The notes beneath the pieces are model-generated. The model was not told where the DNA came from. It saw only the letters and a list, made by a program, of their open reading frames with translations, and ran no database searches. This document shows, piece by piece, positions 1 through 8,440 of a DNA stretch of 19,341 nucleotides. Position 1 is the stretch's first letter, and each line of letters opens with the position of its first letter. Origin of the DNA: a bacterium (lineage in GTDB: Bacteria > Zhuqueibacterota > Zhuqueibacteria > Oceanimicrobiales > Oceanimicrobiaceae); NCBI GenBank assembly GCA_046757025.1, contig JBHHXN010000097.1:1-19341 (forward strand). The letters are read 5' to 3'. A program made the translations under genes and the position numbers.

Positions 1-13
1 TGTTGTTTTTAAG

Positions 14-39
14 TCATGCTTCGACTCCGCTCAGCATGA
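14..39. repeat. REP-like hairpin, family A (stem around CTTCGACTCCGCTCAG core)
   Basis: tcatgct-tcgactccgctc-agcatga. The same core recurs at 1827-1848 and, reverse-complemented, at 2112-2133, 9877-9894 and 11984-12025. Confidence 0.7.
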
Positions 40-147
40 AGACGCTCGTTTTCGGGCAATCACTAGTTAGACTCGATTTGTCCGTTCGTTCGAAACCCAG
101 AAAAACGGGATTTGTATTTTTTTTGAAAGGAGCGGTAGCGCCATCCT

Positions 148-193
148 AAAAATCCCCAGCCACCTGGTTAAACAACCAGACGGTTGGGGATTT
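148..193 (-). terminator. Probable intrinsic terminator or REP-like hairpin downstream of the symporter
   Basis: Minus strand reads aaatccccaaccgtctggtt-gttt-aaccaggtggctggggattttt, a long stem ending in a short U run, ~45 nt past the symporter stop. Confidence 0.55.
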
Positions 194-239
194 CACGCAT
201 TGAAAACTTGAATCCTGCCAGCTTTTGTTTTTCACCGGA

Positions 240-1697
240 TTATTCAGTCGCCGCTTCCGCTTGAAACGGCCGCCATTTTTCTTCCGGCGATGGGGCGGTC
301 ATCAAGCTCACCACGAAGAGCGCCAGGATAGAGGCGCCGCCGGCCGGGTAGATAATGTAGTCGTAATCCAAATTGATGACGCCTACCGTGTTCAAAAAAC
401 CGAACAGCGCCGTCATGGCCATTCCTGAGACCACAGAAGCCACGCCGCCCTGCACGGTGACTCTTTTCCATAAAAAGGCCGCCAGAAGCGCGGGGGTCAC
501 CGCGGCGCCAACCATGGTGTAAGCATAGAGTGCCATATCCAGGATCGTTTCAAAAAACGTTGAAACCACAAACGCCAGGGCCGCGAGTGCGGGAATCATC
601 AATCGTTGAAACCAGACAATGGTTTTCTGGCTGGCATCCGGATTGATGAACCGTTGATAAATATCTCTGGTAATATTTGTGGAAGGAATCATCAAAAAAG
701 TGTTGGCCGTGGAAAAAATTATCGCTACAGCCGCACACAACAACACGATGCCGGCAATGGTGGGGAGATTGGTAGCCGCTACTTTGATGATCACGGTTTC
801 GGTCATGCTTTTCACAAACGAGCCGTCTGCATTGACGTACGCCGCATCTTTGGCGTAAATGCTGCCACCAAATATGGCGACCGTATCCAGCGCGACTTCG
901 ATAATGATGACTCCGATGATCATGCCGATGACTGCATTGCGTGCGGCTTTTTCGTTTTTAGCTGAAAAAAACTTCTGATACATGCTGCTTTCTCCCAGGA
1001 GCAGGAAAAACGTCGGCAGGAAAAGTCCCAGCGCCGGCAAAATTCCCAGACGGCCAAACACCGTGAAATGGTGCACGGACAGGTTGGCAGTAATCTGCTC
1101 CCAGCCGCCAGCAGCATTGAAAACGATTGGCAAAGCAAAGAGAATACCCAGAGTCATGAGCGTGCCGTTAAAGATGTCCATGGCCACGATGGACATCATG
1201 CCGGCCGCCATAGTGAAGACCACCACCAAAGCGCAGGTGATGAGTTTTCCATAAACCGGCTCGATGCCGGTTAATATATGAAGCAGTCGGCCGCCGCCGT
1301 CAAACTGATAGCTGGCGATGGTTAAATAGGCGATGATCACCGCAATGGAGCCGAATAAACGCGCCCACTGATTGTAGCGTTTTTCCAGAATATCGGGCAC
1401 CGTAAATTCCGCAATGCGCCGCACACGCGGGGCGAGATAGTAAACGATGGCCAGGCCCAACCAGGCGCCCGCGCTCATCCAGAGGGCGGAAAAGCCTTCG
1501 CGAAAAGCGCGGCCGGCGCCGCCAAACAAACTACCAGAACCGATCCAGGTACAGACCAGCGTGCCCACTAAAAACATGGTGGAAACCTTTCGGCCTGCCA
1601 CCATAAAATCTTCCTGCGTTTTGACCCGACGACTGCGGGTAACGCTTACCACAATTAAAAAAACCGCGTAAATGGCAACTGCCCAAATATAAACCAT
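240..1697 (-). CDS. Sodium:solute symporter (SSS/SLC5 family), substrate unknown
   Basis: 485 aa, highly hydrophobic with about 13 TM segments. Family motifs EDFMVAGR, TWIGSGSLFGGAG, FTVPDILEKRY, AAIIFST-like (VAIIFSTAN) and W-K-R-x-T-x-x-G. An AGGAGG RBS lies upstream on the minus strand. Confidence 0.95.
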   Translation of the reverse strand: MVYIWAVAIYAVFLIVVSVTRSRRVKTQEDFMVAGRKVSTMFLVGTLVCTWIGSGSLFGGAGRAFREGFSALWMSAGAWLGLAIVYYLAPRVRRIAEFTVPDILEKRYNQWARLFGSIAVIIAYLTIASYQFDGGGRLLHILTGIEPVYGKLITCALVVVFTMAAGMMSIVAMDIFNGTLMTLGILFALPIVFNAAGGWEQITANLSVHHFTVFGRLGILPALGLFLPTFFLLLGESSMYQKFFSAKNEKAARNAVIGMIIGVIIIEVALDTVAIFGGSIYAKDAAYVNADGSFVKSMTETVIIKVAATNLPTIAGIVLLCAAVAIIFSTANTFLMIPSTNITRDIYQRFINPDASQKTIVWFQRLMIPALAALAFVVSTFFETILDMALYAYTMVGAAVTPALLAAFLWKRVTVQGGVASVVSGMAMTALFGFLNTVGVINLDYDYIIYPAGGASILALFVVSLMTAPSPEEKWRPFQAEAATE

Positions 1698-1826
1698 GCT
1701 TCCCTCCTGAATATTGGTAAGATATTTTATTTGGTTAAATTCCCGCTATCTTCACGCTGAAGCAGAAAAGAACAGTCAATAAATCGGAATTTGTATAAAT
1801 AAACATGAATAACCCGTTGAAATAAT

Positions 1827-1848
1827 TGCCTTCGACTCCCCTCAGGCA
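1827..1848. repeat. REP-like hairpin, family A
   Basis: tgcct-tcgactcccctc-aggca. An adjacent hairpin catggtgagtcccg-A8-tcgggaacccatg lies at 1863-1897. Confidence 0.65.
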
Positions 1849-2034
1849 GAGGTGTATTTTTTCATGGTGAGTCCCGAAAAAAAATCGGGAACCCATGCTA
1901 ACTCTTTAATAATCCATCAAAACAGATTTTCAACTGGTCAATCAAACTATAAGTCGACAATCCCGCGTCGTCCGACAACAATTATTCCCTGAGCACGAAA
2001 TAGGCCGCCGTGGCGCTTTGGTCGCCAATAAACA

Positions 2035-2189
2035 TGTCTGAACGAAAACGACCCGATCTTCCTGAAACCTCCTGGCCGAGGGTGAATTCCTGCCTCGCTC
2101 GGTGGGGCCTATCCTGAGCCTTGTCGAAGGGACGTCTTCGCGAAGTGGTTTAGAAATCGTGTATTTCGCGAGTTTTCGTTCAGACACTA
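2035..2189. mobile_element. MITE-like non-autonomous element, copy 1
   Basis: Perfect 15-bp terminal inverted repeats tgtctgaacgaaaac (2035-2049) / gttttcgttcagaca (2172-2186). It has no coding capacity and carries an internal family-A REP. A diverged second copy lies at ~11924-12081. Confidence 0.75.
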
Positions 2190-2266
2190 AATAATTTTCG
2201 TACAACTGGAAAGGCGAAATTTACAAAAATAAAAAATAAGCCGTCCTGCACCCAGTAAAGAAAATG

Positions 2267-4894
2267 CTACCCCGCCTTGTTGCCTCTTACTACCCCCAAA
2301 GCATAACGGTCAAGGTTAAAATATTTTTGTGCTGCCTGCAAAATATTTTCTGCGGTTACGGTTTTAATTTTATCCGGGAACGCTTGCAATTCCTCCGGAC
2401 CTTTTTCCAGGATTTCGTAGTTAGCGATTTTTTGCATCTGCTCGTAAAAGGTCTCCATAGAAATTTGAAAAGCGCCCACAATGTAGCAGATGGCGCGCTG
2501 CAGCTCTTCTTTTGTAACCCGCTCTCTGGTCAACTTTTCAAATTCCCGAAGCAGGCCGTTTTTTGCAGTCTCCTCCTTTTCCGGAGAGGTGGCGATATAA
2601 GAGAGAAAACTGCCGCCTTGCAGCCGCGAGACCAGATATGCGGAAACCATGTACGCTAAACTCTGCTTGCCGCGCAGCTCTTCAAACAGCCGATTGCCTA
2701 GACCGGAAAGAATATTCTGCAAAACCGTCAGAGCGTAAAACTCGGGTTCGGAATAGGCCGGACCCGGAAAGCCTAAAATGAGCGCCGTTTGCTGTTTGTC
2801 TCTAACTTCCACACGCTCCGCTTTGGCGGTGGGAAAATTTATTTCCAGATCCGAAGCTTTCTCAAATCGAGATTCTGAGCTTGCGGCGCCAAGCCGCGCT
2901 TCCACGAGAGCCTTTACTTGTTTTTCTTCCACATCGCCCACCACCACCACCAGCAGATTTTTCTGTGAAAAAAGTCGGGAATGCCAGGAGCGAGCGGCTC
3001 CGTCAGACGCATTTATTACTGACTTCTCGGTACCGGAATTCGGCAAACCGTAAGGATGATTTGGAAACAAGACGGCATTGAACAATTTTAACGGTTGCTG
3101 AAACATGTCGTCTTTTTCTCTGGAAATAAGAGCCAGCTGATTGTCTTTTTCTTTATTTGTTTCTTCCACGCTGAACAACGGCGCCGTGATGACGTCGAAC
3201 AAAACTTCGCAGCCGGCTTCGAAATTTTTAGACAGGATATTCATTGCGTAGCCGGCGTAATCGGCCCGGTTCGAAAATCGAATCTGCGAACCCAGATTTT
3301 CCATTTCCAGCGCCAATTCTGCAGCCGTACGCCGGGTTGTGCCTTTTAGAGCCGTTCGCAAACTCAAAGCAGTCAGCCCGGCGTTTTCAGCGGTTTCATG
3401 CAATCGCCCCCCTTTTGCAAATACCCCGATGGACGCCAGCGGCAAATAAGACGCCGGTTTCACGATGAGGGTGGCGCCTCCGGCAAGGACTTGCTTGCTG
3501 ATTTCCTCACGCGCCGGTTTAAGAGCGACGATTTCAAACTGATTTTGAAAAGGCGGCGGTGCGGATTGAGTGGATTGACTCTGGCCTGGTTGTGAACTCA
3601 AATACTTTTCGAATCGCTCGGCCAGCTCGGTTGACTGTGCCGCTGGCATGTTGCAATCTGCGGGCACATATTCCAGCAGGCTGCAATTAGTCAACGTCAG
3701 GTACTCGTTGGCCACTCGATAAATATCCTCCACGGTCACAGTAGTTAGCTTGCTAAAAAATTCTTCCACCATACGATAATCACCAAGAGCTTCAAAATCC
3801 GCCAGCACGTTGGCCTGTCCGGCTACCGTTTCAATGGTTGAAACGTAGATGGCTTCGATGAGATTATGAGCTCGGGTCAATTCGAACGACTCCACGGGGC
3901 GCTGTCGTATTTTCTCCATTTCCTGGAATATGGCTTCCTCGGCGTCTCGCAGCTTTTCCGTTTGGCAATTGACATCGATCATAAACACGCCCAAATCGCT
4001 CAACGTATAATTTGATGCGCTGACGGTATTCACCAAATGAGTTTTTTCTTTGACATTTTGAAACAACCGCGAGCTTTTTCCACGACCCAGAATAAACGCC
4101 AGCATCTCCAGAGCATAGCTGTCTTCGTGCAAAATTCCGGGCACGTGGAATCCGATGGTTAAATAGCTCTGCAAAATATCGCCGTGCAAACAGTTATAGC
4201 GAAATTCCGTTTGCGGCTTCTCTGCCGGCGAGGTTTCTTTTCTCAACGTCCCATGTTCGAAATGCAGATAATATTTTTCGATGGCGCTTTGGGCCTGAGC
4301 GGTTTCGACATCCCCGACCACAACCAAAATAATATTTTGAGGTCGGTATAAATTATTATAAAAGGTGAGAAAATCCGCTCGGGTCAACGCCCGCAGCCCC
4401 GACTCGGTGCCGATACGCCAGCGGCGGATGCGATGCTCGTCAAAAGCCAATTCGAACAGTTTTTCGCGCACCACCGCCCCGGGGGTGTCCCATTTCCTCT
4501 TCGCTTCCTGAATGACGACTTCGGTCTCTTTTTTCAGCTCGTCAGGATCAAAAACGGAGTTGATGAGCGCGTCCGATTGAATTTCCAGACCTTTGGTGAA
4601 ATTGGCAGCGGGCAGCACCGTATAGTACAAGGTATGGTCGTAGATGGTGCTGGCGTTCAAATAACCTCCCAGCGATTTGGTTTGTCGCGCCATTTCGCCC
4701 ACACCTCTTTTCCTGGTGCCCTTAAAAAACATGTGTTCTATCAAGTGCGAGATGCCCGCCAGGCGATCCGCTTCGTTAAAATAACCGGCTTTGACATAAG
4801 TTTGAATGGCCACGACCGGCACGGCATGGCTTTCTTTTATTAAAACGGTCAAACCATTTGGCAGAGAATATTTAGTCACACCGCATGATAGCAT
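2267..4894 (-). CDS. M16 (pitrilysin/insulinase) family zinc protease with two tandem M16 modules
   Basis: 875 aa. Starts with LPNGLTV and has the inverted zincin HLIEH (HxxEH) in GISHLIEHMFFKGT plus GGYLNAST. The second module lacks HxxEH (GLTALSLRTALKGT) but keeps the C-terminal ELRGKQSLAY R/Y motif. No signal peptide is seen. Confidence 0.95.
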   Translation of the reverse strand: MLSCGVTKYSLPNGLTVLIKESHAVPVVAIQTYVKAGYFNEADRLAGISHLIEHMFFKGTRKRGVGEMARQTKSLGGYLNASTIYDHTLYYTVLPAANFTKGLEIQSDALINSVFDPDELKKETEVVIQEAKRKWDTPGAVVREKLFELAFDEHRIRRWRIGTESGLRALTRADFLTFYNNLYRPQNIILVVVGDVETAQAQSAIEKYYLHFEHGTLRKETSPAEKPQTEFRYNCLHGDILQSYLTIGFHVPGILHEDSYALEMLAFILGRGKSSRLFQNVKEKTHLVNTVSASNYTLSDLGVFMIDVNCQTEKLRDAEEAIFQEMEKIRQRPVESFELTRAHNLIEAIYVSTIETVAGQANVLADFEALGDYRMVEEFFSKLTTVTVEDIYRVANEYLTLTNCSLLEYVPADCNMPAAQSTELAERFEKYLSSQPGQSQSTQSAPPPFQNQFEIVALKPAREEISKQVLAGGATLIVKPASYLPLASIGVFAKGGRLHETAENAGLTALSLRTALKGTTRRTAAELALEMENLGSQIRFSNRADYAGYAMNILSKNFEAGCEVLFDVITAPLFSVEETNKEKDNQLALISREKDDMFQQPLKLFNAVLFPNHPYGLPNSGTEKSVINASDGAARSWHSRLFSQKNLLVVVVGDVEEKQVKALVEARLGAASSESRFEKASDLEINFPTAKAERVEVRDKQQTALILGFPGPAYSEPEFYALTVLQNILSGLGNRLFEELRGKQSLAYMVSAYLVSRLQGGSFLSYIATSPEKEETAKNGLLREFEKLTRERVTKEELQRAICYIVGAFQISMETFYEQMQKIANYEILEKGPEELQAFPDKIKTVTAENILQAAQKYFNLDRYALGVVRGNKAG

Positions 4895-4970
4895 AGTTCC
4901 ATTCCTTGAAAATCAAATCCTATTTTCTAAAAAATGACCACAAAATCGAGACACCAAATTTGCAACCAAT

Positions 4971-4994
4971 AAAAAAGCGCACCGAAAGATGCGC
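4971..4994 (-). terminator. Intrinsic terminator after the lytic transglycosylase gene
   Basis: Minus strand reads gcgcatc-tttc-ggtgcgc-tttttt, ~50 nt after the stop at 5043. Confidence 0.75.
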
Positions 4995-5042
4995 AAAAAA
5001 TGCATGAAAGTAAAGGAATTTTTAATGGTTCAAGCGAGCCGT

Positions 5043-7268
5043 TTATTCATCCATCAAACCGCTTGGCTGATACTTGGCCTCGACGATGGGAATAACGATT
5101 TCTTCGTTGGCATATAATCGCAATAAATCTTTTTGAGGATTGTGCTTTTTTACGAGCCAGTAAGGAATTTCGAAAACGCTGTTACAGATGACCCAGATGT
5201 TTTCACCGCGTTTTATCCGGTAGGTCTTTTCGCCTTCAATGCTGTAATTGCGATAAAAGTCCTCTTCGATTCCCTGGTGATATTCCACCCGCCGGCGATG
5301 AAATTCCTCGGGAGTGACTTTTTCAAAAGTTAGCCAGAGGGGCTGACCAATATGGATAGCCTGGCGATAAGAAAGACCGTTTATGGCACGCAATTTTTGA
5401 GTCGGCACATTCAGCCAGTCCGCAAAGTGACCGAGCGTTTCCTCCGGCTCGATGAACACCTGGCCATTTTCTGGAAATTGCAGCTCACGGAAGGGAACGC
5501 TTTCAGCGCTGTTATCCGTAACCTGGACAATTCGGGCATCCATTTCGCGGGTCAACTCCACATAATAGTTGGGTAGAGCCAGCGCCATGTCTTGTTCAAT
5601 TGCAGCCATTTCCTGACTGAAATCCGGCTTCTCGGCAAGCCGGCTTACGCCCCGTGATGACCTGTTCTGGTCAGATGTTTCGGGAGCTGCAATGTCCCCG
5701 GCCTCAGTAAGTCGGGCCGGTTCCTGGTTGCCCGGCGATTCTAACAGCGTCGTTTCAGCCTGTGACAGCGCAGGTTCCCGCACCACCTCAATAGTTTGCG
5801 GTACGTCTAGAATGGATTTGTCGCCTTTTTTCTTCAAATCGGTTGCTTCGGCTAACTGCGATGCTTTTTCGCTTTTAGCCCGAGGTTTCGACCGCACATA
5901 TTTCGGCGATTTTGAAGTTGGAATTTGCAAATTTTGCCCCACATAAATAAGGTGGGGATTTCGAATATTATTCAGGGCCATCAATTCACTTACCGGAACC
6001 CGGTACTTTCTGGCAATGTTGCTCAAGTGTTCTCCCCGTCGAACCTTATGCCACTCGGGCTTTATCTGTTCGTCAAATTTCAAGTTCGGTGAAATCTGCG
6101 CATAAATTTTATTCACGTCAAGGTTGTCCCGCATCGGTATGCGAATTTGAAAATATTTTGGGATGCGTCTTTTGGATTTGAGGACGGGCGCTCTCAGGGC
6201 CGGATTCAATTCGGAAAATTCCTGAGAGGTGATTTTTAAATACTTGAGCAAAGTGTTGACGGTAATATAGTCGGGAGTCACAAAAGTAATGAAATCTTTC
6301 GATCTATGAAAATCGATATTACCAAAATATTTTTTATAATTTTTTGTAATATGAAGGGCAGCTAAAAATTCTGCATAAAAATTTCTCGAAGCAAATCCAA
6401 AACTGCGGCTCCTGTAATATTTTACGATGCGACCTAAATCATAGCCAAATTTTCTTTTGGCTTTTTTCATGCCATTCAGACCGTGATTGTAGGCCGTGAT
6501 GGCCAGGGGCCAGGAACCCAAATTTTGATAGTTGTGCTTTAATAATTTTGCCGCTGACTCGGTTGCCACCAGCGGGTCCAGCCGTTCATCTATGGTGTAA
6601 TTGATGGTCATGTAGCGACGCCCGGTGGAGCGCGTAAACTGCCAGATACCGGCCGCGCCAAATTTGGAATAGGCTTTGTAATTAAAGGAAGATTCCACGT
6701 GCGGCAAGACGAGTAGCTCCACCGGCAAACCCGCCTCCTGAAAAATCTCTTTCATTCTCGACAAGTACAAACCAGATCGCTCCAGGCCCAACTTAAAACG
6801 CTCTTTCAATCCATTTTGCGCACGGATATTTCTGGCCGCCCTGCGCAAGCGTTTCCGGGTTAACTCATGTCGGAAAAGAGTAGCCACAAATTTTTCTTTG
6901 CCGCGCAAATTTTCCAACTTGAGATTTTTCCGTTTCGAAAGCCGCAACAGAATCGATACATAGCCTTTTTTGATTCGCTCGATTTTTTTCCACTGCAGCC
7001 GAGAGCTGACGTAAATGCCTTTAAACAACGTCTTCAAATCGACCACTTCATAAACGATGCCTAAATCCTCCGAATCGTGAATGATGACTTCACTTTCAGA
7101 ATATTTCGCATAGATATTTTTCCAGAACTCCACATTCGGTTTCAACACTTCAGGAGTTGGAAACAGCCTGGTCGAATTATTGTTCGCTTCTGCAACAGTG
7201 GCACTGCAGCTAAACAATATCATGAATAAAGATTTGACTATAAAAGATTGGAGGTCATTTCGAATCAT
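5043..7268 (-). CDS. MltD-like lytic murein transglycosylase (SLT domain) with three LysM or LysM-like domains
   Basis: N-terminal signal-like segment. SLT motifs LPHVESSFN (catalytic Glu), AAGIWQF and LAITAYNHG. Canonical LysM HKVRRGEHLSNIARKY...LIYVGQNLQIP, a low-complexity linker, then two more LysM-like repeats near the C-terminus. Confidence 0.92.
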   Translation of the reverse strand: MIRNDLQSFIVKSLFMILFSCSATVAEANNNSTRLFPTPEVLKPNVEFWKNIYAKYSESEVIIHDSEDLGIVYEVVDLKTLFKGIYVSSRLQWKKIERIKKGYVSILLRLSKRKNLKLENLRGKEKFVATLFRHELTRKRLRRAARNIRAQNGLKERFKLGLERSGLYLSRMKEIFQEAGLPVELLVLPHVESSFNYKAYSKFGAAGIWQFTRSTGRRYMTINYTIDERLDPLVATESAAKLLKHNYQNLGSWPLAITAYNHGLNGMKKAKRKFGYDLGRIVKYYRSRSFGFASRNFYAEFLAALHITKNYKKYFGNIDFHRSKDFITFVTPDYITVNTLLKYLKITSQEFSELNPALRAPVLKSKRRIPKYFQIRIPMRDNLDVNKIYAQISPNLKFDEQIKPEWHKVRRGEHLSNIARKYRVPVSELMALNNIRNPHLIYVGQNLQIPTSKSPKYVRSKPRAKSEKASQLAEATDLKKKGDKSILDVPQTIEVVREPALSQAETTLLESPGNQEPARLTEAGDIAAPETSDQNRSSRGVSRLAEKPDFSQEMAAIEQDMALALPNYYVELTREMDARIVQVTDNSAESVPFRELQFPENGQVFIEPEETLGHFADWLNVPTQKLRAINGLSYRQAIHIGQPLWLTFEKVTPEEFHRRRVEYHQGIEEDFYRNYSIEGEKTYRIKRGENIWVICNSVFEIPYWLVKKHNPQKDLLRLYANEEIVIPIVEAKYQPSGLMDE

Positions 7269-7481
7269 AGGTATATGTTCAGGGCTCTGTGAATAAAATT
7301 AAATTTAAGATACATGCGTATGATCTATTTCGCAAATTTTGTTCCAAATCTTTAATAAAATATCTTGTACCAAGAAATTCATATACTGACTGAGATGGAG
7401 GTTGATATAAATTTACCTCTAAGGTGGGAAAAAACGAAAAATAAAAACGATAGGGTTGGTAACTTTTTGATCCGTGGTATG

Positions 7482-7958
7482 TTAATTTAACAAACCATCT
7501 ATGTCGTAATCCTCGTCTTCCAATGACCTATCGTCCACTACTTCCAGATTACCGACGTCTTTGGAAAGCATTCGAGCAATTATCTCAATCAATTCACTTT
7601 TATCCATCTCTTCAAATTGCTTTATGGCATCCGCTATGTTTGTAAAACCATCGCTATCGTAAACCCAGGAATAGAGTAAAGCCACCGCATGTACACAAAT
7701 CTCCCCTACTCTGCAAGTAGAACAGAACGTAGTTAATTGTTTATCATCCACAACTACTTCAACAAAATTATCTGTAGAAAAATTTCGAAACCTTCCCGAA
7801 ATCTTGTTTTTGAACACCGTGGGGCGGTTAATGTAACTGTCGCAATATAACGACCAGGCTTGTCCATCAGTGGCATCCTGATCCAGACGCGCAATCTGAT
7901 TTTCGGTCAACTCAAAAAGAAGATTCGAAATGGCGTATTTTGGGGGATTATTTTTCAT
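7482..7958 (-). CDS. Small SWIM-type Zn-finger protein
   Basis: 158 aa. TFCSTCRVGEICVHAVALLY resembles the SWIM CxC-xn-CxH signature (here CxxC-x5-CxH). It is preceded by beta-strand-like ISGRF...VEVVV and followed by a 'MDKSELIEII' helix and an acidic tail. Confidence 0.7.
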   Translation of the reverse strand: MKNNPPKYAISNLLFELTENQIARLDQDATDGQAWSLYCDSYINRPTVFKNKISGRFRNFSTDNFVEVVVDDKQLTTFCSTCRVGEICVHAVALLYSWVYDSDGFTNIADAIKQFEEMDKSELIEIIARMLSKDVGNLEVVDDRSLEDEDYDIDGLLN

Positions 7959-8040
7959 TCTGATAGTGAAGCCGCTGATTGTTGCTTAACCAGTTGTTCG
8001 TCCATTAAACACACCTATCAATTCCTAACTTCTTATTTTT

Positions 8041-8069
8041 ATAATACGAAATAATTTTTAAAGGGTCAA
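8041..8069 (-). promoter_or_regulatory. Sigma70-type promoter for the SWIM gene
   Basis: Minus strand TTGACC (8069-8064), 17 nt, TATTAT (8046-8041). Confidence 0.55.
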
Positions 8070-8081
8070 GAGAATAATCAT

Positions 8082-8207
8082 TTTGTTTCAACCTGAATCG
8101 GTTGATTCTGTGGGGAAGGGCCTCGGAGTGCAAGCTTCGGTTTGCTTGCGGGTGTGGACAGTCACGATGAAACACGCACTTCCAACATATCAGCCAAGGT
8201 CAACAAA
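8082..8207 (+). ncRNA. Candidate structured RNA, family not recognised
   Basis: The ends pair in a long interrupted stem (tttgtt/aacaaa, acct/aggt, ggttgat/atcagcc, tgt/aca, ggaag/cttcc) that encloses a gcaagc-UUCG-gtttgc hairpin. It is a GC-richer island within AT-rich intergenic DNA. Confidence 0.4.
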
Positions 8208-8311
8208 TTCAAGAGGAGGTTGCTCAATTCAAGTTCAAAAAATTGAACGCGGCGATTTTGAAGTATTCAAATCTACACACTAATCAAGTTTTTGTAATAA
8301 ATTCGCTTTCC

Positions 8312-8340
8312 TTGACTCTGAGTACGAAATGCAATATATT
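8312..8340 (+). promoter_or_regulatory. Sigma70-type promoter for the subtilase
   Basis: TTGACT (8312-8317), 17 nt, TATATT (8335-8340). An AGGAGG RBS precedes ATG 8441. Confidence 0.6.
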
Positions 8341-8440
8341 AAGTGGCTCTTGAATCTGCCCAGAATCAACAGGCGTATTCATTAAAAACAATCGTCGATA
8401 TATTCTTATTAATTTAACATTTATCCAGGAGGGAAAAATC

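Noticed and set aside
1942..2205. 87-aa minus-strand ORF in the intergenic region
   Set aside because: It runs through the MITE/REP sequence and shows no transposase or other motif.
225..4843. Numerous 60-136 aa ORFs antisense to or overlapping the symporter and M16 protease
   Set aside because: These are shadow ORFs of well-supported genes with no recognisable motifs.
8082..8207. Assignment of the structured region to SRP RNA, 6S RNA, tRNA or a known riboswitch
   Set aside because: No SRP domain IV (CAGG...GGAA...AGCAG), no T-loop or cloverleaf, shorter than typical 6S, and no TPP, cobalamin, SAM or c-di-GMP consensus could be seen.
8083..8283. 66-aa plus-strand ORF between SWIM and subtilase
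   Set aside because: TTG start without a convincing RBS and no motif; the region is better explained by RNA structure. A small peptide cannot be fully excluded.
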